62,252 bases of DNA from Verrucomicrobiota bacterium (GTDB taxonomy: Bacteria > Verrucomicrobiota > Lentisphaeria > Lentisphaerales > Lentisphaeraceae). Position numbers and translations under genes: made by a program. This document shows positions 1 to 9,377 of the stretch, piece after piece. The stretch's first letter is position 1. Each line of letters starts with the position of its first letter. The DNA is taken from NCBI GenBank assembly GCA_039798785.1, contig JBDKFG010000025.1, positions 2,776 through 65,027 of the forward strand. The letters run 5' to 3'. The notes under the pieces are model-generated. The model had not been told where the DNA came from and did no database searches. It saw only the letters and a program-made list of their open reading frames with translations.

Positions 1-138
1 GGCCCCTGGGTAGAGAGGAAACAGGGTTCCGCCTCGCGGAGCGAGCGCAGGGCGACGGGGCTCAATCGGGGAGATATTTTTCATCGAATTGTGATTGGTA
101 TAGGTGTTAGCCATCCACCCCTTGGCTAATGTCCGTGC

Positions 139-468
139 TTATGATTTAAAATTTTTGAACTTAGCCTTAGCAATCTCCAATTTGTGATGCTCATCACAAA
201 GGGAGCTTTCCCAGCTGCCAACCGTGCGCAATTCACCCGCGGCACCACATTTTTCACAAATTCTAGAGCTGCGTTCCTCGATCATCTCCAGGTATTCCGT
301 GAAGGCCTCATCATCAGGCGAGATGTCAAATCGGAGCACTCCCCACTTCTGGTAAACCTGCGAGATCGACACCCCATCTGGCAGTGCGGTGTAGACCTCG
401 TCGACAAGACCTAGCCAGCCCTGACCGCAGGTTTCTTCGATCCACGATAGGGCTTCATCTTTAGTCAT
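139..468 (-). CDS. Conserved hypothetical protein with C-terminal CxxC...CxxH Zn-binding motif (family often seen in phages)
   Basis: GWLGLV...QVYQKWGVLRF...SSRICEKCG...GSWESSLCDEH pattern; AGAGGA RBS-like sequence upstream; lower GC than flanks. Confidence 0.7.
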   Translation of the reverse strand: MTKDEALSWIEETCGQGWLGLVDEVYTALPDGVSISQVYQKWGVLRFDISPDDEAFTEYLEMIEERSSRICEKCGAAGELRTVGSWESSLCDEHHKLEIAKAKFKNFKS

Positions 469-525
469 TTGTTCCTCTTTGGTGCCACATGATTCGATCG
501 GGACGATCGAGCCACATTTCTTGGT

Positions 526-3500
526 TCAGCTATAGCTCGCCTTGGGGTGGAAGAAGCACACCGCAGCGGTGGTTGAGGTCGGGGCGAATTCGTCGGCATC
601 CGTCAAGGCAATTCCGAGCTCCTCCGCCTTCAGCAGGCGGTGGATGGTGGCGTTGCCGGCCATGGCGAGCATGGCGGGGTAGCCGGGGGAGTAGCGGCAG
701 CCTTGTTTGGGGTCGAGTTTGAGGCGACGGCGGATCTCGGCGTGGGCTTGTTCGGCCATGTCTTCGGCGACGCGGTCGGAAAGGCCCTGGAGGAGGAAGC
801 AGGCTTCGAGGTCGCCTTCGTTGCGGAACTGGTTGATGCGTTCCTCAACGCGGCGGCCGCCGGTGGAGATCTGCAGTCCGAGGAGGTCGAAGTCCTTCGA
901 GCCGAGGGGCTGCAGATACTGCGTGGCGTGCCATTTGTCGGTCTGGCTGAAGACCTCGTTGAAGAGGAGGCGTCCGATCTCCTTGGAGGTGTCGGCGGGG
1001 TCGAAGAGAACTGCTTCGAAGCCGTCGGCCTGGCAGGGGAAGACGCCGATGCGGGCGGCGGGCTTGATCCAGCCTTCCTTCTCGGAACGGGCCACCCATT
1101 CGTCGCGCAGGGCGTCGAGCTTGGTCTTGTCCATGCCCTTCTGCGTCCACTGCTTGGCGCCGCCGAAGTCCCAGTTGAGACCGTAGAGGGTGCGGAGGTC
1201 GAAGAATTCCTTGAGCTCGGTGAGGGTGAGAGAGTAGGTCACGGGGCCAAAGACGGCCTCAGCGAAGCGGGCGGGACGCCCGCGCTCCCAGGGATCGACT
1301 TGGCGCAGGGGGAGCGAGGCGTTTTCGCGGGCGGCGCGTTCGGCCTGCTCCTTGGCGAGGCGGTAGAACTTCTTCAGCTTGGCGGCGTTGTCGCGGATCA
1401 GGGCGTCGCGCTTTTCGGCGTCGACGAGGATGTTCATGATGTTGACGCCGTCCATGCCGGATTGGCAGTAGAAGACGCGCTCGTTCATCTGCTCGAAGTC
1501 GTCCTGGCCCCACATCGCGACCGAGGCGGCGTGACGGGTGGAAACGGGGGCGCCGCCGATCAGGAGCGGCAGGTCGAGGCCGCGTTCCTTGAGCATCTTC
1601 TGCACGGTGATCATGTGGTTCGAGGTCTGCACCAGCAGGGCGCTCATGCCGATGGCGTCGGCCTTCTCGGCGACTGCCGTGTCAATGAACTTTTCGAGCG
1701 GCACCTGGACGCCGAGGTCGATGACTCGGAAGCCGTAGTTTTCGAGCAGGGTCTTGGCGAGGTCTTTGCCGATCGAGTGCACATCCTGGTAGACGGTGCC
1801 GATGACGAAGGTGCCCTTGTAGGTGATCTCGCCCTGGTCGGCGCCGGATTCGTGCTTGAGGTAGCCTTCGATGAAGCCCATGCAGTGCTTCATGATGTCG
1901 GCGGCCTTGAGGAGGTGCGGCAGAGACACTTCACCGCGGCCGAAGCCGTCGCCGAGGTCGCGCATGGCGACCATCAGATGCTTGTTGATGAAGTCGAGCG
2001 GCGCGATGTAGGCAAGGACTTGCGCGACTTCCGCAACGATCGAGTCGGAGTATTTGTGCGAGTATTTGCCGAGGCTGGCGACCCCTTCGGCGCGGGTTTT
2101 GACGCCGTCTTTGATCTTCTCGCAGATGGCTTTTTCGAGCGGCATGTCGGCGTAGGCGGTCTTGACCGCGGCGACCTTGCCGGTGCGGGCCTCGGCGATG
2201 ACTTCGAGTTCGGCGAAGGCATCCATGTCGCGCTGCAGCACGGCGCGCAGGCCGAGCTGGTAGTGTTTGGGGTCGAGCGAATCGACCGGCACATAGTGGT
2301 GCGGGTTGATGATCGCGGCGTCGAGACCGCGTTTGCGGCCTTCGTCGATGAACACCGAGGTGAGCACGGTGCGCATGTAGGGCTTCTTGGCGAGGCCGTT
2401 GGTGAGGTTGCCGACGCCGATCGAGGTCATGATCTCGGGGTGCAGCGCCTTGATGGCGGGGAGCGACTCGAGCGATTCGAGGGCGAAGTTGAGGCCTTCG
2501 ACCGATTCCGAGCCGATGGGGAAGGCGTTGATGTCGATGAAGAGCTGGTCGGGGGTGATGCCGTGGGTGGCGCACTTGGCGACGATCTGCTGCGCCAGTT
2601 CGAGCTTCTTCTCGCGGGTGACGGCGGGGCCTTCGCCGTCGGTGAGGAGGGCGATGTAGAGCGGCGCGTGGTGCTTGGTGATAGGCACGACGGCGTCGAT
2701 CTTGTCGACGCCCGGGGCGTATTCTTCCAGCGAGATCGAGTTGATGATCGGGCGTCCGGCGTAGACGTCGATGGCGCGGGCGAGGGCTTCGACGTCGAAG
2801 GAGTCGATGCACATCGCCGCCTTGAAGTCGGCGGTGAGGCCGTGGACCACCTTGGGCAGTACCGAGGGAGTGTCGACCTGGTTCGAGTCCATACAGACGT
2901 CGATGATCTCGACGCCGAGGTCCTTGACCTGTTCCGAGGCGACTTCCTCGAGCGCTTCCATGTCGATCTTGCCGGTGGAGTTCTCGACCGCGTCGCGGAC
3001 CTTTTTCGAGCCGCGGCAGTTGAGGCGTTCGCCGATGCGGATGAGGCCGTTGAAGGACTTCAGGTCGAAGGCCTGTTGCGGGCCGGAGACGAAGTTGAAC
3101 TTGCGCACCTTGCGTTCGGGGGCGGGCAGGCCGCGGATGTGCTTGGCGATGGCGCGGATGTGATCGGGCGTGGTGCCGCAGCAGCCGCCGACGATGTTGA
3201 TGCCGTTGGCCGAATGGAAGTCGCGCATCAGCTCGCCCATTTTTTCGGGCTGGAGTGGGTAGACCGTCTTGCCGTTGACCGAGACCGGCTGGCCGGCGTT
3301 GGGGACGACCGAGATCGGCAGCGAGCAGTGTTCGGCGAGGCGGGGGATGAGCTTGCCCATCAGTTCCGGGCCGAGGGTGCAGTTGATGCCGAAGACATCG
3401 ATGCCGAGCTTGTCGACGGCGGCGATGGCGGCGACGATATCGGTGTTGAAGATCTGCATCTTGCAGTGTTCGTCGGCGGTGACCTGGGCCATGATCGGGA

Positions 3501-4146
3501 TGCGTTTGCCGGCGGCGGCGTTGGCTTCATGGGCGGCGGCGATCGAGGCCTTGAGTTCGAGGATGTCCTGCTGGGTTTCGAAGAGGAAGACGTCGCAGCC
3601 GGCCTCGACGAGGGCGTCGCACTGGACGCGGAAGTTGGCCTTGATGCTGGCGAAATCGGTCTTCTGCAGGTTGGCGGCGGTGGGCGAGATGACGCGGTTC
3701 GACGGGCCGATGGAGGCGGAGACGAAGAGCGGCAGGCCGTCGTATTCGGGCATCTGCTTGAACTTGGCGATGGCTTCCTGGGCGAGGCGGACGCCGGTGA
3801 GGTTGAGCTGGCGGGCGATCTCTTCGCGGGAGGCGGTCTTGAGGTCGAAGCCGGCGGGGAGTCCGTGGAAGTCCGATGTGTCGATGCGCGAGAAGTCGAA
3901 CTCCTCGAGGCGCAGCGGGCAGGCGCCGAAGGTGTTGGTCTCGAGTATGTTGGCGCCGGCCTTGAGGTACTCGAGGTGGATGCCGTCGCGGATCATCTCG
4001 GGGCGGGAGAAGACGAGCAGGTCGGAGAGCATGGCGTACTCCATGCCGCCGTAGGCCGAGGCCGGCAGCTCGAACTTCTGGACCATGGAGCCCATGGCGC
4101 CATCGAGGATGAGGGTGTGTTTGCGGAGGGCTTCGAGGAAGGTCAT
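526..4146 (-). CDS. metH: Cobalamin-dependent methionine synthase
   Basis: LILDGAMGS start, GINC and GGCCGTTP Zn/homocysteine motifs, pterin domain (IGERLN, IDS, INSIS), B12 motif DVHSIG/MSALL/IGGA, C-terminal RYSPGYPA; start set at MTFLEAL. Confidence 0.96.
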   Translation of the reverse strand: MTFLEALRKHTLILDGAMGSMVQKFELPASAYGGMEYAMLSDLLVFSRPEMIRDGIHLEYLKAGANILETNTFGACPLRLEEFDFSRIDTSDFHGLPAGFDLKTASREEIARQLNLTGVRLAQEAIAKFKQMPEYDGLPLFVSASIGPSNRVISPTAANLQKTDFASIKANFRVQCDALVEAGCDVFLFETQQDILELKASIAAAHEANAAAGKRIPIMAQVTADEHCKMQIFNTDIVAAIAAVDKLGIDVFGINCTLGPELMGKLIPRLAEHCSLPISVVPNAGQPVSVNGKTVYPLQPEKMGELMRDFHSANGINIVGGCCGTTPDHIRAIAKHIRGLPAPERKVRKFNFVSGPQQAFDLKSFNGLIRIGERLNCRGSKKVRDAVENSTGKIDMEALEEVASEQVKDLGVEIIDVCMDSNQVDTPSVLPKVVHGLTADFKAAMCIDSFDVEALARAIDVYAGRPIINSISLEEYAPGVDKIDAVVPITKHHAPLYIALLTDGEGPAVTREKKLELAQQIVAKCATHGITPDQLFIDINAFPIGSESVEGLNFALESLESLPAIKALHPEIMTSIGVGNLTNGLAKKPYMRTVLTSVFIDEGRKRGLDAAIINPHHYVPVDSLDPKHYQLGLRAVLQRDMDAFAELEVIAEARTGKVAAVKTAYADMPLEKAICEKIKDGVKTRAEGVASLGKYSHKYSDSIVAEVAQVLAYIAPLDFINKHLMVAMRDLGDGFGRGEVSLPHLLKAADIMKHCMGFIEGYLKHESGADQGEITYKGTFVIGTVYQDVHSIGKDLAKTLLENYGFRVIDLGVQVPLEKFIDTAVAEKADAIGMSALLVQTSNHMITVQKMLKERGLDLPLLIGGAPVSTRHAASVAMWGQDDFEQMNERVFYCQSGMDGVNIMNILVDAEKRDALIRDNAAKLKKFYRLAKEQAERAARENASLPLRQVDPWERGRPARFAEAVFGPVTYSLTLTELKEFFDLRTLYGLNWDFGGAKQWTQKGMDKTKLDALRDEWVARSEKEGWIKPAARIGVFPCQADGFEAVLFDPADTSKEIGRLLFNEVFSQTDKWHATQYLQPLGSKDFDLLGLQISTGGRRVEERINQFRNEGDLEACFLLQGLSDRVAEDMAEQAHAEIRRRLKLDPKQGCRYSPGYPAMLAMAGNATIHRLLKAEELGIALTDADEFAPTSTTAAVCFFHPKASYS

Positions 4147-4178
4147 GGCGGCTCTCATTTGCAGGTTGAAAGGCGCGT

Positions 4179-4268
4179 AATTAACCACGGAAATCGCGGA
4201 GTGCACGGAAGGATGACGGGGAAGCGAGGAAGATGGGGAACCACGAAAGACACGAAGCACACGAAAGG
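4179..4268 (+). repeat. Composite intergenic repeat: 41-bp unit plus 9-bp-periodic CACG(G/A)A triplets
   Basis: cacggaaat-cgcggagtg-cacggaagg (4186-4212) and cacgaaaga-cacgaagca-cacgaaagg (4242-4268); 4179-4219 matches 5000-5040 at 33/41 nt ungapped. Confidence 0.75.
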
Positions 4269-4347
4269 AAGACAAGGATGTGGCTCGATCGTCCCGATCG
4301 AGGTTTTTTCCTGGGGGCGCCGGCAGCCTGCCGGTGGAGCTTGGGCC

Positions 4348-4968
4348 TCAGTTCGTCCACTCTTCGAGAGTCATGATCCCGTCTTCGAAGCGGACCCGGA
4401 TGTTGGAGAATGTGCCCGACTTGAGGTAAGAGCCATCCGGCTGACGACAGTTTCGCAGTTCCATCTTGTCGATGAGAGCCTCAAATTGCTCAAGCGAGAG
4501 CTGGACTTGGGTGACCTCGCAATGATAAACCACTTCCGCCTCGTCTGGAAGCTGCCAGGGCAATCGCAGGGAGGGACTTTGGAAGACCAGATACAGCATA
4601 AAGGCAAAGACCGCCACGCCGAAGAAATTGCCCCACGTGGAAGATCTTACGCCGAGGAACTGATAGCGGGGGTTTTCATGCGAGTAATCCCCGCTGCCCC
4701 AGAGGAGGAGGCTAGGACCAAAAACAAGGACCAGGAAAAGCAAGGCGGGAATCCCGTCGACGAAGGAGGGCTCCGGGAAGAACGCTTCGATGACACGCAA
4801 CGAGGCAATCAGAGCGAGCATCGCGATGGTCACAAAGGCCAATTATCTTCTGGCCTCCTTTGCACTCGCATGAAGCTTGACATCGCAGGCCGGGCATCGG
4901 ATTCGGAAAGACAGGAAAAGGGCCCGCCATTTCGGCAGCGGCGTCTGGCAGTTGGAGCAGGTGATCAT
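4348..4968 (-). pseudogene. Zn-ribbon (CxxC-x17-CxxC) membrane protein interrupted by an in-frame TAA at 4843-4845
   Basis: ATG 4968 gives MITCSNCQTPLPKWRALFLSFRIRCPACDVKLHASAKEARR*, then continues in the same frame into the hydrophobic ORF 4348..4842. Confidence 0.65.
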
Positions 4969-4999
4969 GTGTTTCTCAAGTGGTTTGTTCTTCGAGCCG

Positions 5000-5078
5000 A
5001 ATTAAGCACGGATCTTTAGGAGTGCAGGGCAGGATGACGGACGCCGATAGATCAAAATCTCACGCGAAGTCGCAAAGA
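5000..5078 (+). repeat. Degenerate second copy of the 41-bp unit plus ATCTCACGCGAAG 8-bp-type repeat
   Basis: aattaagcacggatctttaggagtgcagggcaggatgacgg (5000-5040); atctcacgcgaagtcgcaaaga (5057-5078) matches the reverse complement of 27661-27690. Confidence 0.7.
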
Positions 5079-5199
5079 TTTAGGGTTTGAGGGGGTGATG
5101 GAGTACTAGATTCACCTCCTCTTCACTTCTTCTCCTACTTCTCAGCGGGAGCTTGTGTGAAGTCCTGCTTGGGTTTAGCTTCTGAGGAAGGAGCAATAG

Positions 5200-6555
5200 A
5201 TGGTCGAACCGCCCTCAGAGATAGCCCTGATTTTTTGGCGCATTCTTTTCTTGTGCTTGGCGGCATTGTCGATCGCCGCTGCCTTCTCCTTGCCGCGCGG
5301 ATTCCCGCTGAGCTCCGCTCATTTCTGGTGCAATTCGCTGTTGCCCATAATTCTGATTCTCTTTTCGTGTACTTCCATCGCGTTCATCGTCCGGCGGCAA
5401 TACCGACTCTTTCTTGTCTGCGCCCTCGCTTTTCTTGGTGGCATCGCAGCCTTTCTTGCGAGCGCCTGGCTGATCTTCCCTGCTACGATGCGAGCGTCTT
5501 TTATCATGCCGGCGTTGTTCTCCTGCATGCTTCTGGTCTGGTGGATCCGCCGCTCCCTTTTATCGATTGCCCTCCGTCATTTTCTGCCTCTCCTCGTGAT
5601 CGCGATTGCCGCGGGATCCTTTGTCCCCTGGGCGCAGCGCGGGCTAGATCCCGCAACGCGGCCCCTTGGTGGCGACCTCGGTTTTTCCAAAAGGCAGGGG
5701 AGGGAGCCCGACAGTTCCTTCCATTTCAGCGGGGACGGCATTTTCTTCCCGGCCGATGGCAGCATCGTTTGGGCCAGCAAAGAAGCCAAACTCAGCATTG
5801 ATCCCTTGCTGGTTTTCCGAAGCCGCTCTCCCGACCGCTGCTGGACTCTTTTGGCGAGAGATCGCGACCGTCTTTCTTCGCCATGGATTCTTGATGCGGT
5901 GGAGCGCAGCGGGAACGGTTGGAGTGCATATTACTCAGAAGCCGGGCGGGTGACGCGCAGGCTTGGTTTCCTGGCTCACATGGACGGCTTCGACATCGAA
6001 GCCCTCAGTCAAGAGGACAACGAAGTTTACTCCCACCTCAACAGCTTCTGCCAGTTCCGTCTTGCCGCTGTCGGCAGGCTCAGTCTGAGTTTTTCGCCCT
6101 GTCCAGGAAGTCGCATTGAGATAGTCGAGTCGGACTATCCCGTCGGGCGTCCGGCGCGATTCGCCTATGTCGATCGCCATCGCATCTTCCATGTCGTCGA
6201 AGCGGCTTCGGCGGAGAAGGGTCCCTTCCGCACCCTGGCAGAAGGCCGGCTCAGCGATGACGAGCTTTTGACGATGAGCCTTTATTGCGAGGGTCGCGAG
6301 CTTTTCACAATCGAGATGGCGGATTGGGCTCGCCAGGCCAGCACGCAGCTTTCCCCGAGCGCCGGCTGGGGCCTACCGGAAAACGCTATTGAATTCCGGC
6401 TCAAGCACCAGACGGCTTGGATCTCCTGCACTCTGGCTGGCACTTCCGTCGGCCGCGGCTTTCAAAGTGTCGGCCACCGTGCCGGCTCTTATCGCAACCG
6501 GCTGAGGCTCCGGATCGTGAACGCGCTTAGCGGTTCCACGGCATCCGGGCGATGA
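5200..6555 (+). CDS. Hypothetical membrane protein (about 5 N-terminal TM helices plus soluble C-terminal domain)
   Basis: 451-aa ORF, AAGGAG RBS, hydrophobic N-terminal third; 3' end overlaps the convergent gene by 29 bp. Confidence 0.75.
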   Translation: MVEPPSEIALIFWRILFLCLAALSIAAAFSLPRGFPLSSAHFWCNSLLPIILILFSCTSIAFIVRRQYRLFLVCALAFLGGIAAFLASAWLIFPATMRASFIMPALFSCMLLVWWIRRSLLSIALRHFLPLLVIAIAAGSFVPWAQRGLDPATRPLGGDLGFSKRQGREPDSSFHFSGDGIFFPADGSIVWASKEAKLSIDPLLVFRSRSPDRCWTLLARDRDRLSSPWILDAVERSGNGWSAYYSEAGRVTRRLGFLAHMDGFDIEALSQEDNEVYSHLNSFCQFRLAAVGRLSLSFSPCPGSRIEIVESDYPVGRPARFAYVDRHRIFHVVEAASAEKGPFRTLAEGRLSDDELLTMSLYCEGRELFTIEMADWARQASTQLSPSAGWGLPENAIEFRLKHQTAWISCTLAGTSVGRGFQSVGHRAGSYRNRLRLRIVNALSGSTASGR

Positions 6556-8833
6556 GCAGGCCCATGCCGCAGAAGTCGGTGATGCCGGCGAAGATCAGGC
6601 CGGCGCCGACGAAGCCGCTGAGGCCGTAGAAGCCGGGGTGGACGAAATGGCCGAGGAGGGCGCCGCTCAGGACCAGGAAGCCGGCGGCGATCCGCACCTG
6701 GCGTTCCAGCGAGATGACGCCGCGGCAGCCGCCGCCGGAACAGCTCGTTTCGGTGTCGATCGGCAGGCCGGCGGCGGCGCAGGCGTCGGTGCCGCCGCTG
6801 ACGACGCGGCAGGGGAGGCCCGCCTCGCGCAGCTTCTTGGCGGCGATGCCGGCGCGTCCCCCCGATTTGCACAGGATCAGGAAAGGGGACTCATTCTTGC
6901 GTTCGGCGCGAAGGGCCGCCGGGTCGAGGGCGTCGAGCGGACGCAGTTGCGCTCCTCGCACATGGCCGCCGCGGAATTCCGCCGGCGAACGCACGTCGAT
7001 GAGGTTCCAGGCCTGCCCGGCGGCGAGCTGGCTGGCGAGTTCGGCGGGGCTGATATTCTCCCCGCTGGCGCTGGCGGCCCGCGGCGGATCGCCGCACACT
7101 CCGGCGCTGCACGAGGCGGGGCCGGCGAGGGTTTTTGCGGCCGGCGCAGCCACCGCTTCCTTGGCGCTCGCGCCGCGGCTGCGGTTCACTGCCAGGTCGC
7201 GGAAGGTGGCGCAGCCGGAGAGGATGGCGACCTCGTGGAAGCCTTTCTGCATCAGGATGCGCGCGGCATGGTGGGCGCGGATGCCGCCGGCGCAGGACAC
7301 CAGGGTCGGCTTGGCGCGGTCGAGCTCGCCGAGGCGCTGGCGCAATTCATCGAGGGGGATGGCGAGGGGCTGCGCTGCGGCGAGGGGCTTGGCGAGGGCT
7401 TCCTCGAGCGGCCGGACGTCGATCACCTGGTAGCGGCTGAGATCGCTGTCCGGCGCGACGAAGCGGCTGAAGCCGCGCAGGGCGTTATCGGCGGCGAAGC
7501 CGAGCTGGTGCAGCGGATCCTTGGCGGCGCCGAAGGGCGGCGCATAGGCGAGGTCGAGGGCGCAGAGGTCGGCCACCGTGCCGCCCTTGTGCAGCAGCGC
7601 GGCAAAGACGTCGAGGCGCTTGTCGACGCCTTCCTCGCCGACGACCTGCAGGCCGAGAAGACGGCCGCTGATGCGCTCGAAGACGAGCTGGCTGAGGAGG
7701 CGTCTGGCGCCGGGAAAGTAGGAGGCGTGGTGGTAGCTGACGCCATGGACCGAGACGGCGTCGAGACGGGCCGCTTTCGCCGCCTTCAGCGACAGTCCGC
7801 AGAGACCGGCGGCCAGATCGAAGACCCGGACGATCGCGGTGCCCTGCACCGGCGACGAGGGCGCGCCCTCGCCCAGGACGGCGTGCTCGCCGGCCAAGCG
7901 GCCGTGGCGGTTGGCCGGGCCGCCGAGGGCGACGCGGCGAGATTGACTGGTGGGGGCGTAGAACACCGTCGCGGCATCGCCCACGGCATAGATGTCGGGA
8001 TCGCTGCTGCGCTGCCAGCGGTCGACCAGGATGCCGCCGTCGGGCGCCAGCTCCAGCTCCGCGGCGCGGGCGAGGGCGTTGACCGGGCGGACCCCGAGGC
8101 CGAGGATGAAGAGGTCTCCTTCGATCCGCTGTCCGGAAGCGGTGATCAAGGCGGTGGCGGCACCGTCGCGGTTCTCGATCTCCGCCAGGGCGTCGCTGAA
8201 GCTGAGGCCGATGCCCTTGGCGATCAACTCGCGGTGCAGCGGCTCGGCCATCTCCGGATCGAGCAGCGGCAGCACCTGCGGGTTCTTCTCGATCAGGTGG
8301 ACGCTGAGGCCGCGGCGGTGCAACTGCTCGGCGACCTCGAGGCCGATGAAGCCGCCGCCGGCGACGACGGCGCGCCGCGCCGCAGGCAGCGCCGCGACGA
8401 TCGCATCCATGTCCTCCATGCTGCGGAGCGAAAAGACGCCGCGCGCCCGGATGCCAGGGATCTCCGGCATCAGCGGCGCCGCGCCCGGGCTGAGAATCAA
8501 CTTGTCGTAGCGGAGGCTGCTGACCGCGCCGTTTTCGAGATCCCGGACTTCGACGCTCTTCGATTCGCGGTCGATGGCGGTGACCTCGTGGCGAAGACGG
8601 ACGTCGAGGCGGAAGCGGCGGCGCAGGATCTCGGCGGAGCTCACCAGCAGTTGCCGCCGATCGCCGATCTCGCCGCCGATGGCGTAGGGCAGGCCGCAGT
8701 TGGCGAAGGAGACATGATGGTCGCGCTCGATGACGATGATCTCGGCGTCCTCGTCAAGACGGCGAGCCCGGGTGGCGGCGGAGGCTCCGCCGGCGACGCC
8801 GCCGACGATGACGATGGTTTTCTTCTGGCTCAT
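6527..8833 (-). CDS. CoA-disulfide/persulfide reductase-like FAD oxidoreductase fused to two rhodanese domains and a DUF2892 (YgaP-like) membrane domain
   Basis: GGVAGG, SFANCGLPY, GGGFIGLE, IYAVGD, LAYAPPF; rhodanese loops SCAGGIRA and LCKSGGRA; ERQVRIAAG...GITDFCGM...MPWN. Confidence 0.92.
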   Translation of the reverse strand: MSQKKTIVIVGGVAGGASAATRARRLDEDAEIIVIERDHHVSFANCGLPYAIGGEIGDRRQLLVSSAEILRRRFRLDVRLRHEVTAIDRESKSVEVRDLENGAVSSLRYDKLILSPGAAPLMPEIPGIRARGVFSLRSMEDMDAIVAALPAARRAVVAGGGFIGLEVAEQLHRRGLSVHLIEKNPQVLPLLDPEMAEPLHRELIAKGIGLSFSDALAEIENRDGAATALITASGQRIEGDLFILGLGVRPVNALARAAELELAPDGGILVDRWQRSSDPDIYAVGDAATVFYAPTSQSRRVALGGPANRHGRLAGEHAVLGEGAPSSPVQGTAIVRVFDLAAGLCGLSLKAAKAARLDAVSVHGVSYHHASYFPGARRLLSQLVFERISGRLLGLQVVGEEGVDKRLDVFAALLHKGGTVADLCALDLAYAPPFGAAKDPLHQLGFAADNALRGFSRFVAPDSDLSRYQVIDVRPLEEALAKPLAAAQPLAIPLDELRQRLGELDRAKPTLVSCAGGIRAHHAARILMQKGFHEVAILSGCATFRDLAVNRSRGASAKEAVAAPAAKTLAGPASCSAGVCGDPPRAASASGENISPAELASQLAAGQAWNLIDVRSPAEFRGGHVRGAQLRPLDALDPAALRAERKNESPFLILCKSGGRAGIAAKKLREAGLPCRVVSGGTDACAAAGLPIDTETSCSGGGCRGVISLERQVRIAAGFLVLSGALLGHFVHPGFYGLSGFVGAGLIFAGITDFCGMGLLIARMPWNR

Positions 8834-8851
8834 GGTCAGCTCCTCGGGTTT

Positions 8852-9151
8852 TTATGGACAGTGTTTGCGGATGCATTGGATGATCGTCGCGCAGGCCGGA
8901 TCGAGGCATCCGTAATAGACCTCCTTTCCTTCCCGCTCCGCCTTGAGCAGCCCGGCCGCCCGCATCTTGCCGAGGTGCTGGCTGATCTCCGCCTGCGGCT
9001 TGCTCACTGCCGCCGCCAGTTGCGTCACGCTCCAGCGTCCCGCCAACAGCTGTTCCACCAGCCGCAGCCGCACTGGATGCGCCAGTACCTTGAGCGCTGC
9101 GGCGCAGTGCTCCAGGTTTTCCTGCGGTATTGCTTCGAGATTGCCAGGCAT
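8852..9151 (-). CDS. ArsR/SmtB family transcriptional repressor (BigR/SqrR/YgaV-like)
   Basis: LKVLAHPVRLRLV, ISQHLGKMR, REGKEVYY; four Cys including C-terminal IIQCIRKHC; alternative GTG start at 9160. Confidence 0.9.
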   Translation of the reverse strand: MPGNLEAIPQENLEHCAAALKVLAHPVRLRLVEQLLAGRWSVTQLAAAVSKPQAEISQHLGKMRAAGLLKAEREGKEVYYGCLDPACATIIQCIRKHCP

Positions 9152-9174
9152 TCGGATCACCCCAATGTGAAAAC

Positions 9175-9209
9175 TCTATATAGATTATGATATCATGATT
9201 TATTGATGT
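9175..9209. promoter_or_regulatory. Candidate ArsR operator in AT-rich promoter region
   Basis: Palindromes TCTATATAGA (9175-9184) and ATGATATCAT (9187-9196), plus ATCA-N8-TGAT (9192-9207), directly upstream of the ArsR gene. Confidence 0.5.
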
Positions 9210-9377
9210 TTCAAGGCGAGCGAGCTGGCTTGGAGCCGGCATGTACACTGCGGAGGGAATGATAGGGTTTTTCTCTTCGGGGAGTCTTGCCCAGCTCGGC
9301 ATTTCGTTTAGCTTTTGCGGTAGGATCAAAACCGAAGTTGTACTGATTTAATCTTTTTGTTTTACCGGGAGTTGAGT

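Noticed and set aside
105..130. ttagcca...tggctaa hairpin as an integron attC site
   Set aside because: Too short, no L boxes recognisable, and no integrase in the window.
4147..4340. Cobalamin or SAM riboswitch upstream of metH
   Set aside because: No conserved riboswitch core recognised; the region is occupied by the repeat element.
640..5019. 1459-aa plus-strand ORF
   Set aside because: Antisense shadow of metH, typical of high-GC codon bias; no motifs.
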